The translations under genes and the position numbers were made by a program. A stretch of 64,000 bases of DNA from Trueperaceae bacterium. Its GTDB lineage: Bacteria > Deinococcota > Deinococci > Deinococcales > Trueperaceae. The stretch covers positions 320,001 to 384,000 of the forward strand of contig JAXHNB010000005.1 in assembly GCA_034520945.1 (NCBI GenBank), written 5' to 3'. The notes beneath the pieces were generated by a model. It was not told where the DNA came from and made no database searches. It saw nothing but the letters and a program-made list of their open reading frames with translations. Below are positions 28,463-39,190 of the stretch, piece after piece (positions within the stretch are counted from its first letter, which is position 1; each line of letters starts with the position of its first letter).

Positions 28463-30292
28463 GTGAGCGAGGACGCCAAGGAACGGATCCGCGACGCCCT
28501 CGATCTGGCGGAGGTCGTCGGCGAGACGGTCGCCCTCAAGCCGGCGGGGCGTGAACGCCTCAAGGGGCTGTGCCCGTTCCACGCCGAGAAGACGCCGTCG
28601 TTCCACGTGCACACCGGTCGCGGGTTCTACTATTGCTTCGGCTGCGGGGCGAAAGGCGACCTGTTCGACTTCGTGATGCAGACCCAGGGAATCGACTTCG
28701 CCGACGCGTTGGTGACGTTGGGCCGGCGCGCGGGGGTGGAGGTGGAGCCCGCCGCCCCCAAGTCGGGCCGCCGCCGCGACCTGGTGCGCGTCAACGAGAT
28801 GGCGCTGGCCTGGTTCCGGTCGCACCTGGAGGGACCGGCCCGGGACTACCTGCTGGGGCGTGGGCTGAGCGAGGAGAGCCTCGACGTCTGGGAGCTGGGC
28901 TTCGCCCCCGAGGGATGGGACGGGCTGCTCCGGCACGCCCTGACGAAGGGGTACAAGGACGACGACCTGCTGGCGGCCGGCCTGTTGGCCGAGAACGAAC
29001 GGGGCCGCCGCTACGACCGCTTCCGCGGCCGGGTGATGTTCCCGATCCGGGACCGGTTGGGCCGCCTGGTGGGGTTCGCGGGCCGGGTGCTGGACGACGG
29101 CGTGCCGAAGTACCTGAACACCCCCGACACCGAACTGTTCGAAAAGGGCACCCTGCTGTACGGTTTGGACCGCGCCAAGAAGGCCGTGCGGGAGCGGAGC
29201 GAGTGCCTGGTGGTCGAGGGGTACCTGGACGTGATCGCGCTGCACCAGACCGGGTTTCCGTACGCCGTGGCGGTGCTGGGGGCCAACCTCACCGCCGAGC
29301 AGGCCCAGGAGCTGGCCCGGCTCGACGTGCAGCGCGTCACCCTGGCCTTCGACGCGGACGAGGCCGGCCAGCGGGCGGTGCTGGCCGGTCTGGACCAGGC
29401 GGTGGGGCGGCGCTTCCTGGTGCGGGCGGCGACGGTGCCGGAGGGCAAGGATCCCGCCGACGCCGTCCTGGGTGGCCACGTGGAGGCGTTCCGCGCGGCA
29501 TTGGAGCGCGGCGCGTCCGCCGTGGCGTACCGGTTCGAACGCGTCCTGAGCCAGCACGATGCCCGTACCCCCGAGGGCCGCAAGGCGATCCTCGAGGCGC
29601 TGGAGTCCTCCTTGACACCGCGCGACGTGGTCGATCCGGTGGCGGACGAGACCCGGCGGCTCGTGATCGATCGTCTGGGCCTCGACGGCGCCCGCCTGGA
29701 CGCCTGGATCGAGGGGCGCCGCCGGCGCCCGCTGGACGAGACGCAGGTGGAGGGCATGCGCGTGCGCAAGGAGGTGCACTCCCGCGTCGAGGCGATCGAG
29801 ATCGAGCTGATGGCGGTGCTGCTCGGCGAGCCTTCGCGGCTGCGGGCGCGGCTGGGAACGGTGTTGGCCGCCCTCCCGCCCGAGCTGGAGCCATCTAGGC
29901 TGCGGACCTTCGCGGAGGTGTGTGCCGAGGAGGGGTACGACGCCGACGCCGTGCTGGCGCGCTACCGGGCGCGGGAGGAGGGCCAGGAGCTGTTCGAGCG
30001 CCTGTTCACCTTCGAGGCGGAGGAGGACGACCGGCGGTCGCGCACCGATCGCCACCTCGAGACCAGCCTGTCGCGCCTGCGGGAGTTGGTCGTGCAGCGC
30101 GGCACCGACGAGGTGCGCCGGCGCCTGCACGAGCGCATGACCGAACTTCGGCGGACGCTGGCCCAGCCGGACCTGGACCCGGACGTGCTTCACGAGTGCT
30201 ACCAGGAGTTGGCCCGGCTTCAGGCCGGCCTGGCGGCGCGGGAGGCCGAACGGCGCGTACGCCTGCCCGCGCCGCGCGCGCGGCGGCGTTGA
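28463..30292 (+). CDS. dnaG: DNA primase
   Basis: CHC2 zinc finger [44 protein letters not shown] and FDADEAG; GAGGAGG upstream. Confidence 0.95.
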   Translation: MSEDAKERIRDALDLAEVVGETVALKPAGRERLKGLCPFHAEKTPSFHVHTGRGFYYCFGCGAKGDLFDFVMQTQGIDFADALVTLGRRAGVEVEPAAPKSGRRRDLVRVNEMALAWFRSHLEGPARDYLLGRGLSEESLDVWELGFAPEGWDGLLRHALTKGYKDDDLLAAGLLAENERGRRYDRFRGRVMFPIRDRLGRLVGFAGRVLDDGVPKYLNTPDTELFEKGTLLYGLDRAKKAVRERSECLVVEGYLDVIALHQTGFPYAVAVLGANLTAEQAQELARLDVQRVTLAFDADEAGQRAVLAGLDQAVGRRFLVRAATVPEGKDPADAVLGGHVEAFRAALERGASAVAYRFERVLSQHDARTPEGRKAILEALESSLTPRDVVDPVADETRRLVIDRLGLDGARLDAWIEGRRRRPLDETQVEGMRVRKEVHSRVEAIEIELMAVLLGEPSRLRARLGTVLAALPPELEPSRLRTFAEVCAEEGYDADAVLARYRAREEGQELFERLFTFEAEEDDRRSRTDRHLETSLSRLRELVVQRGTDEVRRRLHERMTELRRTLAQPDLDPDVLHECYQELARLQAGLAAREAERRVRLPAPRARRR

Positions 30293-30377
30293 GGCGCGGG
30301 ACGCGGCCGGGCGGGTCGGCGGCCACGAAGCCCGTCATGATCGGGCGTGCGGGGCGTCGTGTCGGGCCGCGCGCGAA

Positions 30378-30407
30378 TTGACACCCCTTTTCAGCTGCTG
30401 GTATCCT
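30378..30407 (+). promoter_or_regulatory. Sigma70/SigA promoter of the V/A-ATPase operon
   Basis: TTGACA (30378-30383), 18-nt spacer, extended TGn-TATCCT (30402-30407). Confidence 0.75.
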
Positions 30408-30531
30408 CGCTCGGCAGCGCGCGGGGCGCGAATTCGCGCCCCGCCCGTGCGACTGCATCACCTCGCAGAACCCACCGCCACCACCCGAGCCGTGACAGGG
30501 TCGCGTGCCGTCGGAACGAGAGGAGGGGCGT

Positions 30532-30852
30532 TTGGACGCTCAGGGAGACAACCTGCTGAAACGCCTCGTCGAACAGGAGAGCGACCTTGCCGGCAAGGTC
30601 GAGGCGGCACGCGCGCAGGCTCGCGAGATCGAGAGCGACGCGCGCGCCAAGGCCGACAAGCTTCTGGACGAGGCCCGCGAGAAGGCGAAGTCCGTGAGCG
30701 AGGAGCACGCCCGCGCCGGCGAGCGCGAGGCCAAGGAGGAGCGTGACAACGTCCTGGCACGCGCCGAAGCGGACGCGGAACGGATCCGCAACCGTGCGCG
30801 CGAGAACCGTGATGCGGCGGTCGAGCTGGTGATGGAGCGCATCTTGCCATGA
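30532..30852 (+). CDS. V/A-type ATP synthase subunit G (H), peripheral stalk
   Basis: Charged coiled-coil protein first in the operon; GAGGAGG before a TTG start at 30532. Confidence 0.8.
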   Translation: MDAQGDNLLKRLVEQESDLAGKVEAARAQAREIESDARAKADKLLDEAREKAKSVSEEHARAGEREAKEERDNVLARAEADAERIRNRARENRDAAVELVMERILP

Positions 30853-32831
30853 TCGCCCCGATGGATCGACTCACCATCGTGGGCAGGCGCGGGAACGCGC
30901 GCGAGGCGCTGCAAGCGTTGCAGAGCCTCGGCGTGGTGCAGATCGATCCGCTCGAACCCAGTGAGGGCGCCGCCCTGGCCCGCAACCGGTTGGAGGGGAC
31001 CGATCGCGACGAGGCCGATCGCTGGTCCGCCGCGCTGACGCGCCTCCGAACCGTGCGCGAGACGCTCGGAATCGAAGACGCGGCCCCCGCCCCCCGCAAC
31101 CAGGCCCCCACCACGCTGGACCAGATCGAGAACCACCTGGACGACGTCGCCACGCAGGTCGACCAGCTGGTGGCGGACGCCGGCCAAGCGCGCGACGAGC
31201 GTGAGACGGTCGACGCGTGGCTGCCGGTGTTCCGCCTGCTGGCCCCCACGCTGGCACAACTCGAAGAGAGCCGATTCCTGGCGGGCGTCCCGTTCCTGGT
31301 GCCCAGTGATCAACTGCCGGCCGTCGAGGCCCAGCTGGAGGAGGACCTGGAGGAACGGGTCCTCCTCACGCACCGAAGCTACGGCCAGCAGCGCCTGGCG
31401 GTGGCCGTCGCGCTCCGCAAGGACGTGGACGAGGTCCGGTCCTCGCTGGGACGGGCGGGCGTCGCGCCGCTGAGCCTGCCGGGCCGCTACGGCCATCTGG
31501 ATACCGCCAAGGCGGTGCACCTGATGGAGGAGCGCTCGCAGCAGCTGCCGAAGCGGGAGGCGTCGCTGGAGCAGCAGCGCGCCAAGCTCGCGGAGCAGCA
31601 CGGAGCCACGCTGGCCACGGTGCATGCCATCGTCCGCAACTACCACGATCGCATGGAGCGGTTGCAGGACCTGGCGCACGGGCGGTACGCCTTCGCGTTG
31701 CAGGGCTGGGTGCCGAGCGACGAGGCGGGCAAGGTGCGTGACGGTCTGCAGAAGCAGTTCGGCGAGAACCTGGTGATCGAGCACCGCTCCGCGGACGAGC
31801 ATCACGACACCGGCGTGCCGGTGAAGCTGGACAATCCCGGCTGGATGCGGCCGTTCCAGGGGCTGCTGTCGTTGTTCGCGCCTCCGCGTTACGGGGGCTT
31901 CGATCCGACCTGGACGTTGGCGACGTTCTTTCCGCTGTTCTTCGGGATCGTGGTCGGCGATATCGCCTACGGCCTGCTGTTCCTGGCGGTCGGCCTGTGG
32001 TTGGGCGCCCGGGGGCGCAGGGGACGCAATCTGGACCTGGGGCCGCTCGGCATCGTGATTCCCGCGAGAAACCTGCCCGGCATCTCGACGGTGATCTCGT
32101 GGTGCGCGGGCTGGACCATGGTATGGGGCGTGATCTACGGGGAGTTCTGGGGCAACTTCCTGGAGCATTGGCCCGAAGGCCGCCCCGTGTTCGGCGCGCA
32201 CGGCGAGGGGATCTTCGACATCTTGTTGTTCCGTGTCGAGGTGTTCACCCCGTTGCTGATCCTCACCCTGGGCTTCGGCACGCTGCAGGTGCTGATGGGG
32301 TGGGCCATCCGCGCCTACTACGGCTACAAGCACCATGACGCCAAGCACACCTGGGAGGGCATCGGCATGTTCGCGGGTCTGGCCGGCGTGGTGATCTTCG
32401 CCACCGCCTACCTGACCGAGGCGCTGGGCCCGGCCGTGCTGAGCGTGACCGGCGTGCTGCTCGCGATGTTCCTGGTGGCCGTCGTCGCCTCGGGCCTGCC
32501 CCTGATGCTGGTCGAGCTGATCTCCAACTCCGGCCACATCCTCAGCTACCTGCGACTGTTCGCGGTCGGCCTGTCGGCCGCGCTGGTCGCGGGCCTCGGG
32601 ACCGACGCCGGCTTCGCCACCAACGCGGCGATCGGGGTCCCGGTGCTCGGCGAGTTGCTGGGTGCCGTCATCGCGATCACCATCAACCTGGCGGCCGTCA
32701 TCCTCACCCTCGTGGGGCACACGCTGCAGCCGCTTCGTCTGCAGTACGTGGAGTTCTTTACCAAGTTCGGCTTCTACGAACAGAGTGGCCGACCCTACAC
32801 GCCGTTCCGGCTCTTTGGAGGAAAAGCATGA
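30849..32831 (+). CDS. atpI: V/A-type ATP synthase subunit I (a)
   Basis: DPT......FPLFFG..VGD..YG, SYLRLFAVGL, and HTLQPLRLQYVEFFTKF. Confidence 0.93.
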   Translation: MIAPMDRLTIVGRRGNAREALQALQSLGVVQIDPLEPSEGAALARNRLEGTDRDEADRWSAALTRLRTVRETLGIEDAAPAPRNQAPTTLDQIENHLDDVATQVDQLVADAGQARDERETVDAWLPVFRLLAPTLAQLEESRFLAGVPFLVPSDQLPAVEAQLEEDLEERVLLTHRSYGQQRLAVAVALRKDVDEVRSSLGRAGVAPLSLPGRYGHLDTAKAVHLMEERSQQLPKREASLEQQRAKLAEQHGATLATVHAIVRNYHDRMERLQDLAHGRYAFALQGWVPSDEAGKVRDGLQKQFGENLVIEHRSADEHHDTGVPVKLDNPGWMRPFQGLLSLFAPPRYGGFDPTWTLATFFPLFFGIVVGDIAYGLLFLAVGLWLGARGRRGRNLDLGPLGIVIPARNLPGISTVISWCAGWTMVWGVIYGEFWGNFLEHWPEGRPVFGAHGEGIFDILLFRVEVFTPLLILTLGFGTLQVLMGWAIRAYYGYKHHDAKHTWEGIGMFAGLAGVVIFATAYLTEALGPAVLSVTGVLLAMFLVAVVASGLPLMLVELISNSGHILSYLRLFAVGLSAALVAGLGTDAGFATNAAIGVPVLGELLGAVIAITINLAAVILTLVGHTLQPLRLQYVEFFTKFGFYEQSGRPYTPFRLFGGKA

Positions 32832-33136
32832 ACAAGTTCATCACTGTACTCGGCCTGATTCTGGTCTCTTCGCTCTTCGGTCTCGCGTTCGCGCAGGAGG
32901 CCGAGAGCGCCGCCAGCATCGGCGACGGCCTGATCGCGCTGGGCGCCGCGCTGGCCATCGGCGTCGCCGCCGTCGGCGTCGGCCTGGCGCAGGCCGCCAT
33001 CGGTTCGGCCGGGGCGGGCACGCTGGCGGAACGGCCCGAGGCGTTCGGCCAGATCCTGATCTACCTGGTCATTCCCGAAACCATCATCATCTTCGCGTTC
33101 GTGATCGCATTCTTCCTCAACGGTCAGATCGGCTGA
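32828..33136 (+). CDS. atpK: V/A-type ATP synthase subunit K (c/L, proteolipid)
   Basis: Signal-like N-terminus plus a single hairpin with the essential Glu in IPETI. Confidence 0.92.
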   Translation: MNKFITVLGLILVSSLFGLAFAQEAESAASIGDGLIALGAALAIGVAAVGVGLAQAAIGSAGAGTLAERPEAFGQILIYLVIPETIIIFAFVIAFFLNGQIG

Positions 33137-33142
33137 TCTCGC

Positions 33143-33724
33143 GTGGCGGATCTGGCTGCTCTGCTCGAAAAGGAAGCGGGCGCGGAGATCGAAGCCATCC
33201 TCTCCGAGGCGCGCGAACGCGCCTCGGAGATCGTCTCGCAGGCGGAACGCGAGGCAGAGGCGCTGGTGCAGCGCGCGGAACGGCAGGCCCAGTCGCGCCG
33301 GCAGGCCGCACAGGTGCGCGCCCGCAGTTCGGCGCAACTCGAGGCGGCGTCGATGCGGCTCGGTGCGCAGCAGAAGGCGATCGACTCCGTGTTCAATGAG
33401 GTGAAGTCGCGGATCGACGCGCTGCCGAAGGACGAGAAGCGCTACGCGGCCGTCTTGGACGCGCTGCTGAAGGAGGCCCTCGAGGACGTCGCTGGCGAGC
33501 CCGACGCGGTGGTGGCGCACCCGGACGCGGCATCCGCGGTGCGCGCCGCCATGGAACGCGCCGGCGTCTCGGCCGAGCTGCGGACCGACGCGTCGGTGTC
33601 GGGCGGGGTCCGGATCGAGACCGGCAGCGTGAGCGTCGAGAACACGCTCCCAGGGCGTCTGGCGGCGCTCCGGGACGAGCTGGCATCGGAGGTCGCGGCG
33701 GTCCTCACGAGCAAGGAGCCCTAA
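33143..33724 (+). CDS. atpE: V/A-type ATP synthase subunit E
   Basis: N-terminal coiled coil, GGV and ENTL..RL C-terminal domain; operon position. Confidence 0.88.
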   Translation: MADLAALLEKEAGAEIEAILSEARERASEIVSQAEREAEALVQRAERQAQSRRQAAQVRARSSAQLEAASMRLGAQQKAIDSVFNEVKSRIDALPKDEKRYAAVLDALLKEALEDVAGEPDAVVAHPDAASAVRAAMERAGVSAELRTDASVSGGVRIETGSVSVENTLPGRLAALRDELASEVAAVLTSKEP

Positions 33725-33725
33725 G

Positions 33726-34739
33726 ATGTCCAGTGACTTCGGGTACGTCAACGCCCGCGTGCGGGGAATGTCCTCGCGGCTGCTGGGCGCCGACGTGTTT
33801 CAGGCCGCGCTGGCCGCACAGGACTTCTCCGGCTTCACCTCGGTGTTGGCCCAGTCGCCGTACGCGCACGCGCTGGAGGAGGCGCAGGCGCGGGGCGCGG
33901 GCCTGAGCGCCGTCGATCGCGCCCTCGCCCGGGACTTTCACGACGTGACGCGCGGGATGCTGTCGTTCGCGGACGGCGAACCACGCCGCCTGATCGCGGC
34001 GTTGCTGCGCCGCTACGATCTCGAGGACCTCAAGACCGTGGCACGCGCCAAGCACGCCGGCCGCTCGCCGGAGGAGATCGGCGAGGCGCTGGTCGGCGCG
34101 GGCGATCTGCGCCCCACGTTGCTGCAGAACCTGGCTGCGGCGCCGGACCTTCCCTCCGCCGCGCAATCGCTGGCGATCGCCAAGCATCCCCTCGGCCCCG
34201 CCTTCGCGCGCGCGGCGCGCGGCTACGCCTCCGACGGGGACCTGCACGCCTTCGAGCTGGCACTCGACAAGGCGTACTTCGGGACGCTGGTCGACACGAG
34301 TGAACGTCGCGGCACGCCCGAGACGTTCCGCGCCCACGTCCGCCGCGAGATCGACGCGGCCAACCTCCGCACCTCGCTCAAGATCGTGGGGCGCGGCGGG
34401 GACGCGGACGCGTTCTTCCTGCCCGGGGGGCGCGAGGTGTCGCGCGACGCGTTCGTGCAGTTGGCCGCGCAGGGGGTGGACGCGCTCTCAGCCGTGCGCT
34501 CTTTGACCTTCGACGCGGTGACGTCGGCGACGGACCGTGCCGGCGCCGAAGCGGCGATCCGCGCCTCGCTGGACGCGGCGGCGCGGCGCGCGGCGCTGCG
34601 CGATCCGTTGGGGATCGGCGTGGTGATCCGCTACCTGCGCGCCAAGGAGACCGAGGCCGCCAAGCTGCGCCTGCTGGCGCGCGGGGCGTTCTACGGCGTG
34701 CCGCGCCGCGAACTGGAGAAGGAGCTCGGCCATGCATAG
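33726..34739 (+). CDS. atpC: V/A-type ATP synthase subunit C (d)
   Basis: DFGYVNARVRG, ID..NLRT, and YL..KE.E...LRLLARG. Confidence 0.9.
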   Translation: MSSDFGYVNARVRGMSSRLLGADVFQAALAAQDFSGFTSVLAQSPYAHALEEAQARGAGLSAVDRALARDFHDVTRGMLSFADGEPRRLIAALLRRYDLEDLKTVARAKHAGRSPEEIGEALVGAGDLRPTLLQNLAAAPDLPSAAQSLAIAKHPLGPAFARAARGYASDGDLHAFELALDKAYFGTLVDTSERRGTPETFRAHVRREIDAANLRTSLKIVGRGGDADAFFLPGGREVSRDAFVQLAAQGVDALSAVRSLTFDAVTSATDRAGAEAAIRASLDAAARRAALRDPLGIGVVIRYLRAKETEAAKLRLLARGAFYGVPRRELEKELGHA

Positions 34740-35058
34740 GGTCATCGTGCTGACCGACGCCGAGACGGCGACGGGCTACCGGCTGGCCGGCGTCGAGGTG
34801 CGGGTGGCGGATCCGGAGGAGGCCCCCTCGGTCCTGACCGAGCTGATCGAGGAGGACGTATTCGGTCTGGTGATCGTGGACGAGGGTCTGATCCAAGACC
34901 CGGTGGCCTCCGCAGCGCGCGTGATGCGCGGCCGCGAGTTGCCGGTATTGCTTGCCGTGCCCAGCCTGGGCGCGGCGTTCGACGAAGACGACGACGTGAC
35001 GGCCTACATGCGGGACGTGGTGCGCAGCGCGATCGGCTTCGACGTCAAAATGGAGTAG
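34732..35058 (+). CDS. atpF: V/A-type ATP synthase subunit F
   Basis: D.ETATGYRLAGV and VR.AIGFD. Confidence 0.9.
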   Translation: MHRVIVLTDAETATGYRLAGVEVRVADPEEAPSVLTELIEEDVFGLVIVDEGLIQDPVASAARVMRGRELPVLLAVPSLGAAFDEDDDVTAYMRDVVRSAIGFDVKME

Positions 35059-35070
35059 GAGGGGTCCCCC

Positions 35071-36810
35071 ATGGCCATTGAAGGCAAGATCGCAAGAATA
35101 TCCGGACCCGCCGTCATCGCCGAGGAGATGATGGGCGCGCGCATGTACGACATCGTGCGCGTCGGCGAGGAGAACCTCGTCGGCGAAATCATCCGCCTGG
35201 ACGGCGATACCGCCTTCGTGCAGGTGTACGAGGACACCGGCGGCCTCACCGTCGGCCAACCCGTGGTGTCGACGGGCCTGCCCTTGGCCGTGGAGCTGGG
35301 GCCGGGCATGCTGAACGGCATCTTCGACGGCATCCAGCGACCGCTGGACAAGATCGAGGAGGCCTCGGGCGCCTACATCGAACGCGGGATCACGGTGAAC
35401 GCGCTCTCGCGCGAGACGAAGTGGACCTTCACCCCCACCGTGAAGGCCGGCGACGAGGTGGAGCCCGGCCATCAGATCGGCACGGTGCCGGAGTACTCGT
35501 TCACGCACAAGATCCTGGTGCCGCCCGGCAAGGGGGGCAAGATCGCGCGCGTGGTCGAGGAGGGCTCGTACACCGTCGACGACACGGTGGCCGAACTCGA
35601 GGACGGAACGGTGCTGACGCTGATGCACCAGTGGCCGGTCCGCCAGCCGCGGCCGGTGACCGAGAAGCTGGACCCCATCACGCCGTTCCTGACGGGCATG
35701 CGCATTCTGGACGTGCTGTTTCCCCTCACCATGGGCGGCACCGCCGCCATCCCCGGCCCGTTCGGGTCCGGCAAGACGGTGGCGCAGCAATCGATCGCCA
35801 AGTACGGCAACGCCGAGATCGTGATCTACGTCGGCTGCGGCGAGCGCGGCAACGAAATGACGGACGTGCTGGTGGAGTTCCCCGAGTTGGAGGATCCCCA
35901 GACCGGCAACCCGCTGATGCACCGGACGGTGTTGATCGCGAACACCTCGAACATGCCGGTGGCGGCCCGCGAGGCGTCGATCTACACCGGCATCACGCTG
36001 GCGGAGTACTTCCGTGACCAGGGCTACCGCGTGTCGATCATGGCGGACTCCACCAGCCGTTGGGCGGAGGCGCTGCGCGAGATCAGCTCGCGGTTGGAGG
36101 AGATGCCGGCCGAGGAGGGCTACCCGCCCTACCTGGCGTCGCGCCTGTCGGCGTTCTACGAGCGGGGTGGGCGCGTCACCACGCTGGGCGGCGACCAGGG
36201 GGCCGTGTCGATCATCGGCGCGGTCAGTCCGGCCGGCGGGGACTTCTCCGAGCCGGTCACGCAGGCCACCTTGCGCATCACGGGGTGCTTCTGGGCGTTG
36301 GACGCCTCGCTGGCGCGGCGGCGCCACTTCCCCTCGATCAACTGGAACCGGTCGTACTCGTTGTTCAAGGACGGGCTGGACGCCTGGTACCGCGAGAACG
36401 TCGCCGAGGACTACCCCGAGCTGGTCGATCAGGCGATGGACGTGCTCCAGCGCGAGGCCGACCTGCAGGAGGTCGTGCAGTTGGTCGGCCCCGACGCGCT
36501 GCAGGACAATGAACGCCTGATCATCGAGGTGGGGCGAATCCTGCGGCAGGACTTCCTGCAACAGAACGGCTTCGATCCGGTCGACGCGTCGTGCACCCTG
36601 GAGAAGGCGTATGGGCTGCTGCAGATGATGTTGAAGCTGCACGCCAAGGCCCGCGAGGCCGTCGAGGGGGGCGCCACGGTCGACGAACTGCTGGGCGATC
36701 CGGTCATCGAGAAGGTGAACCGTGCCCGCTACGTGTCGGAGGACGAGTTCCCCGCCTACCGCGACGACGTGATCGGGCAGCTCGACGACGCATTCAAAGT
36801 CCCCGCCTAA
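35071..36810 (+). CDS. atpA: V/A-type ATP synthase subunit A (catalytic)
   Basis: [40 protein letters not shown]; no intein. Confidence 0.97.
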   Translation: MAIEGKIARISGPAVIAEEMMGARMYDIVRVGEENLVGEIIRLDGDTAFVQVYEDTGGLTVGQPVVSTGLPLAVELGPGMLNGIFDGIQRPLDKIEEASGAYIERGITVNALSRETKWTFTPTVKAGDEVEPGHQIGTVPEYSFTHKILVPPGKGGKIARVVEEGSYTVDDTVAELEDGTVLTLMHQWPVRQPRPVTEKLDPITPFLTGMRILDVLFPLTMGGTAAIPGPFGSGKTVAQQSIAKYGNAEIVIYVGCGERGNEMTDVLVEFPELEDPQTGNPLMHRTVLIANTSNMPVAAREASIYTGITLAEYFRDQGYRVSIMADSTSRWAEALREISSRLEEMPAEEGYPPYLASRLSAFYERGGRVTTLGGDQGAVSIIGAVSPAGGDFSEPVTQATLRITGCFWALDASLARRRHFPSINWNRSYSLFKDGLDAWYRENVAEDYPELVDQAMDVLQREADLQEVVQLVGPDALQDNERLIIEVGRILRQDFLQQNGFDPVDASCTLEKAYGLLQMMLKLHAKAREAVEGGATVDELLGDPVIEKVNRARYVSEDEFPAYRDDVIGQLDDAFKVPA

Positions 36811-36819
36811 GGAGCGCAG

Positions 36820-38244
36820 ATGAGCAAGAACCTTCTGAAAAGGGAATACCGGGACGTCAGCTACGTCTCGGGTCCGTTGCTGTTCCTGCAGAACGCGGCC
36901 GACCTCAGCTACAACGCCATCGTGCGCATCGAGGACGGCGCCGGCCGCGTGCGCGGGGGGCAGGTGATCGAGGTCTCCAAGCGCCACACCGTGCTGCAGG
37001 TGTTCGAGGAGACCTCCGGCATCGACCTGTCCTCGACGACCGTGAGCCTGGTCGAGGACGTGGCCCGACTCGGCGTGAGCAAGGAGATGATCGGACGTCG
37101 CTTCGACGGGACCGGCGAGCCCATCGACGGCCTGCCCTCCGTGGTGGCGGACAAGCGCCTCCCCATCGGCGGCGCCCCCATCAATCCCGTCTCGCGGCGC
37201 AAGCCGGAGGAGTTCATCCAGACCGGCGTCAGTACCATCGACACCTTGATCAGCCTGGTGCGCGGCCAGAAGCTGCCGATCTTCTCGGGCTCGGGCCTGC
37301 CCGCCAACCAGCTGGCCGCACAGATCGCGCGGCAGGCGACCGTGCTCGCCGAGGAGAGCGAGTTCGCGGTGGTGTTCGCGGCGATGGGCGTGACGCAACG
37401 TGAGCTGGCGTTCTTCACCCAGGAGTTCGAGCGGACCGGCGCCCTGGCGCGCTCGGTGCTGTTCCTGAACAAGGCCGACGATCCTGCCGTCGAGCGCGTC
37501 CTGACCCCCCGCATGGCCCTCACCGCCGCGGAGTACCTGGCGTTCGAGCACGACTACCACGTGCTGGTCATTCTCACCGACATGACCAACTACTGCGAGG
37601 CCCTGCGCGAGATCGGCGGCGCCCGCGAGGAGATCCCCGGCCGACGCGGCTACCCCGGGTACATGTACACCGACCTGGCGGGGATCTACGAACGCGCCGG
37701 CGTGGTGCACGGAAACGAGGGGTCGGTCACGCAGCTCCCCATCCTGTCGATGCCGGACGACGACGTCACGCACCCCATCCCCGACCTGACCGGGTACATT
37801 ACCGAGGGCCAGATCTACCTGGCGCGCGACCTGCACAACAAGGGCATCTATCCGCCCATCAACCCAGGCCCGTCGCTGTCGCGCCTGATGAACAACGGGA
37901 TCGGCGAGGGCAAGACGCGTAGCGATCACAAGGACGTCGCCGATCAGTTGCAGGCCGCGTACGCCAACGGTCTCGACCTGCGCCGCCTGGTGGCGATCAC
38001 CGGCGAGGACGCGTTGTCGGAGACCGACAAGCTGTACCTGACCTTCGCCGACGAGTTCGAGAAGCTCTTCATCGATCAGGGCGAGGCGAACCGCACCATC
38101 GAGGAGTCGCTCCAGATCGCGTGGGCGTCGTTGTCCAAGCTGCCCAAGAGCGAGCTGACGCGTCTCAAGAACGACCAGATCGACGTGTACTACGGCGCGA
38201 AGATGGACGAGCTCTGGGGCGCGGCCAAGGACGCCGGCCGCTAG
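36820..38244 (+). CDS. atpB: V/A-type ATP synthase subunit B
   Basis: [43 protein letters not shown]. Confidence 0.97.
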   Translation: MSKNLLKREYRDVSYVSGPLLFLQNAADLSYNAIVRIEDGAGRVRGGQVIEVSKRHTVLQVFEETSGIDLSSTTVSLVEDVARLGVSKEMIGRRFDGTGEPIDGLPSVVADKRLPIGGAPINPVSRRKPEEFIQTGVSTIDTLISLVRGQKLPIFSGSGLPANQLAAQIARQATVLAEESEFAVVFAAMGVTQRELAFFTQEFERTGALARSVLFLNKADDPAVERVLTPRMALTAAEYLAFEHDYHVLVILTDMTNYCEALREIGGAREEIPGRRGYPGYMYTDLAGIYERAGVVHGNEGSVTQLPILSMPDDDVTHPIPDLTGYITEGQIYLARDLHNKGIYPPINPGPSLSRLMNNGIGEGKTRSDHKDVADQLQAAYANGLDLRRLVAITGEDALSETDKLYLTFADEFEKLFIDQGEANRTIEESLQIAWASLSKLPKSELTRLKNDQIDVYYGAKMDELWGAAKDAGR

Positions 38245-38259
38245 CGGGAGGAGGCGAAC

Positions 38260-38907
38260 ATGGCCGAAGCGGTCGCACCGACCCGCTCCAACCTGCTGCA
38301 GCGCCGCGACCAGCTCAAGCTGGCCGGGCGCGGCGCCGACCTGCTCAAGCGCAAGCGCGACGCGTTGATCAGTGAGTTCTTCGACCTGGTCAAAAGCTCG
38401 CTGGAGGCGCGCCGGGCGCTTCAGGAGGCCAGCCGCGAGGCGTACTTCGCGCTGTTCCTCGCCAACGCTTGGGACGGCCCCGTGGCGGTGGAAAGCCTGG
38501 CGCTGGCGAATCGCAGCACCATCGAGGTCGAGGTGGAGGTCGAGAACCTGTTCGGCGTCAAGGTGCCGCAGGTGCGCCCGCCGGAGTTCCCGGCCGAAAT
38601 GGCGTTCAGCCCCGTCGGCGCGGGCTCGCGTACCCTGGACGCGGCGACGGAGTTCCGCAAGCTGACCGAGGCGATCGTCCGGGTCGCCGCCACGGAGACC
38701 CGGTTGCGCCGCATCGGCGAGGAGATCAAGAAGACCAACCGCCGCGTCAACGCCCTGGAGCAGTTGGTGATCCCCGGCATCCAGCACCAGATCAAGAACA
38801 TCCGCAGCGTGCTGGACCAGCGCGCCCTGGAAGAGGTCACCGTCCTGAAGCGCATCAAGGCCAAGCTGGAGGCGAAGCAGAAGGCGGCCGAGACCGAGAC
38901 GGCCTGA
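38260..38907 (+). CDS. atpD: V/A-type ATP synthase subunit D
   Basis: PTR.NL, LLKRKRDAL, EIKKTNRRVNALE. Confidence 0.95.
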   Translation: MAEAVAPTRSNLLQRRDQLKLAGRGADLLKRKRDALISEFFDLVKSSLEARRALQEASREAYFALFLANAWDGPVAVESLALANRSTIEVEVEVENLFGVKVPQVRPPEFPAEMAFSPVGAGSRTLDAATEFRKLTEAIVRVAATETRLRRIGEEIKKTNRRVNALEQLVIPGIQHQIKNIRSVLDQRALEEVTVLKRIKAKLEAKQKAAETETA

Positions 38908-38969
38908 GCGCTCCACCCGCCATGTTCTCGCGCCCTTCGTGGGCGCGTTCGGCCTCGCCGGGCCCGCCA

Positions 38970-38998
38970 GCGTCCCCGCGCCTTCCGCGCGGGGACGC
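38970..38998 (+). terminator. GC-rich hairpin after the V/A-ATPase operon (putative terminator)
   Basis: 12-bp stem GCGTCCCCGCGC/GCGCGGGGACGC with a 5-nt loop; only a weak U-tail (GTCTTC). Confidence 0.45.
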
Positions 38999-39089
38999 GT
39001 CTTCGACGTGGTTCGCGGGCTCGGCGCCGGGCGGACCGGCGTGCGGGCGGCCGGTGCCAGGAGGGCATCTGTATACAACGTATTTGGCC

Positions 39090-39119
39090 TTTACAAGCCG
39101 GCGCATGGGCGGGTAGGCT
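39090..39119 (+). promoter_or_regulatory. Putative SigA promoter of the aap operon
   Basis: TTTACA (39090-39095), 18 nt, TAGGCT (39114-39119). Confidence 0.55.
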
Positions 39120-39190
39120 TGTTGCGGGCGTCAAACCCCAATACAGATCGGAAACGACGACGACGCACGCATCGCCTAGGAGGAGAGACT

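Noticed and set aside
32828..33136. K subunit with signal peptide and Gln/Glu-Thr residues as evidence of Na+ coupling
   Set aside because: As I recall, the H+-coupled Thermus subunit has the same signal peptide and Q...PET pattern, and the extra Tyr ligand is absent here, so ion specificity cannot be inferred
35071..36810. Intein in V-ATPase subunit A
   Set aside because: The 579-aa length and the uninterrupted P-loop/GCGERGNE region show no insertion
34378..39078. 1566-aa antisense ORF over the V-ATPase genes, and many other long overlapping ORFs in the track
   Set aside because: Shadow ORFs expected from very high GC and third-position bias; they have no motifs and lie opposite or out of frame to well-supported genes
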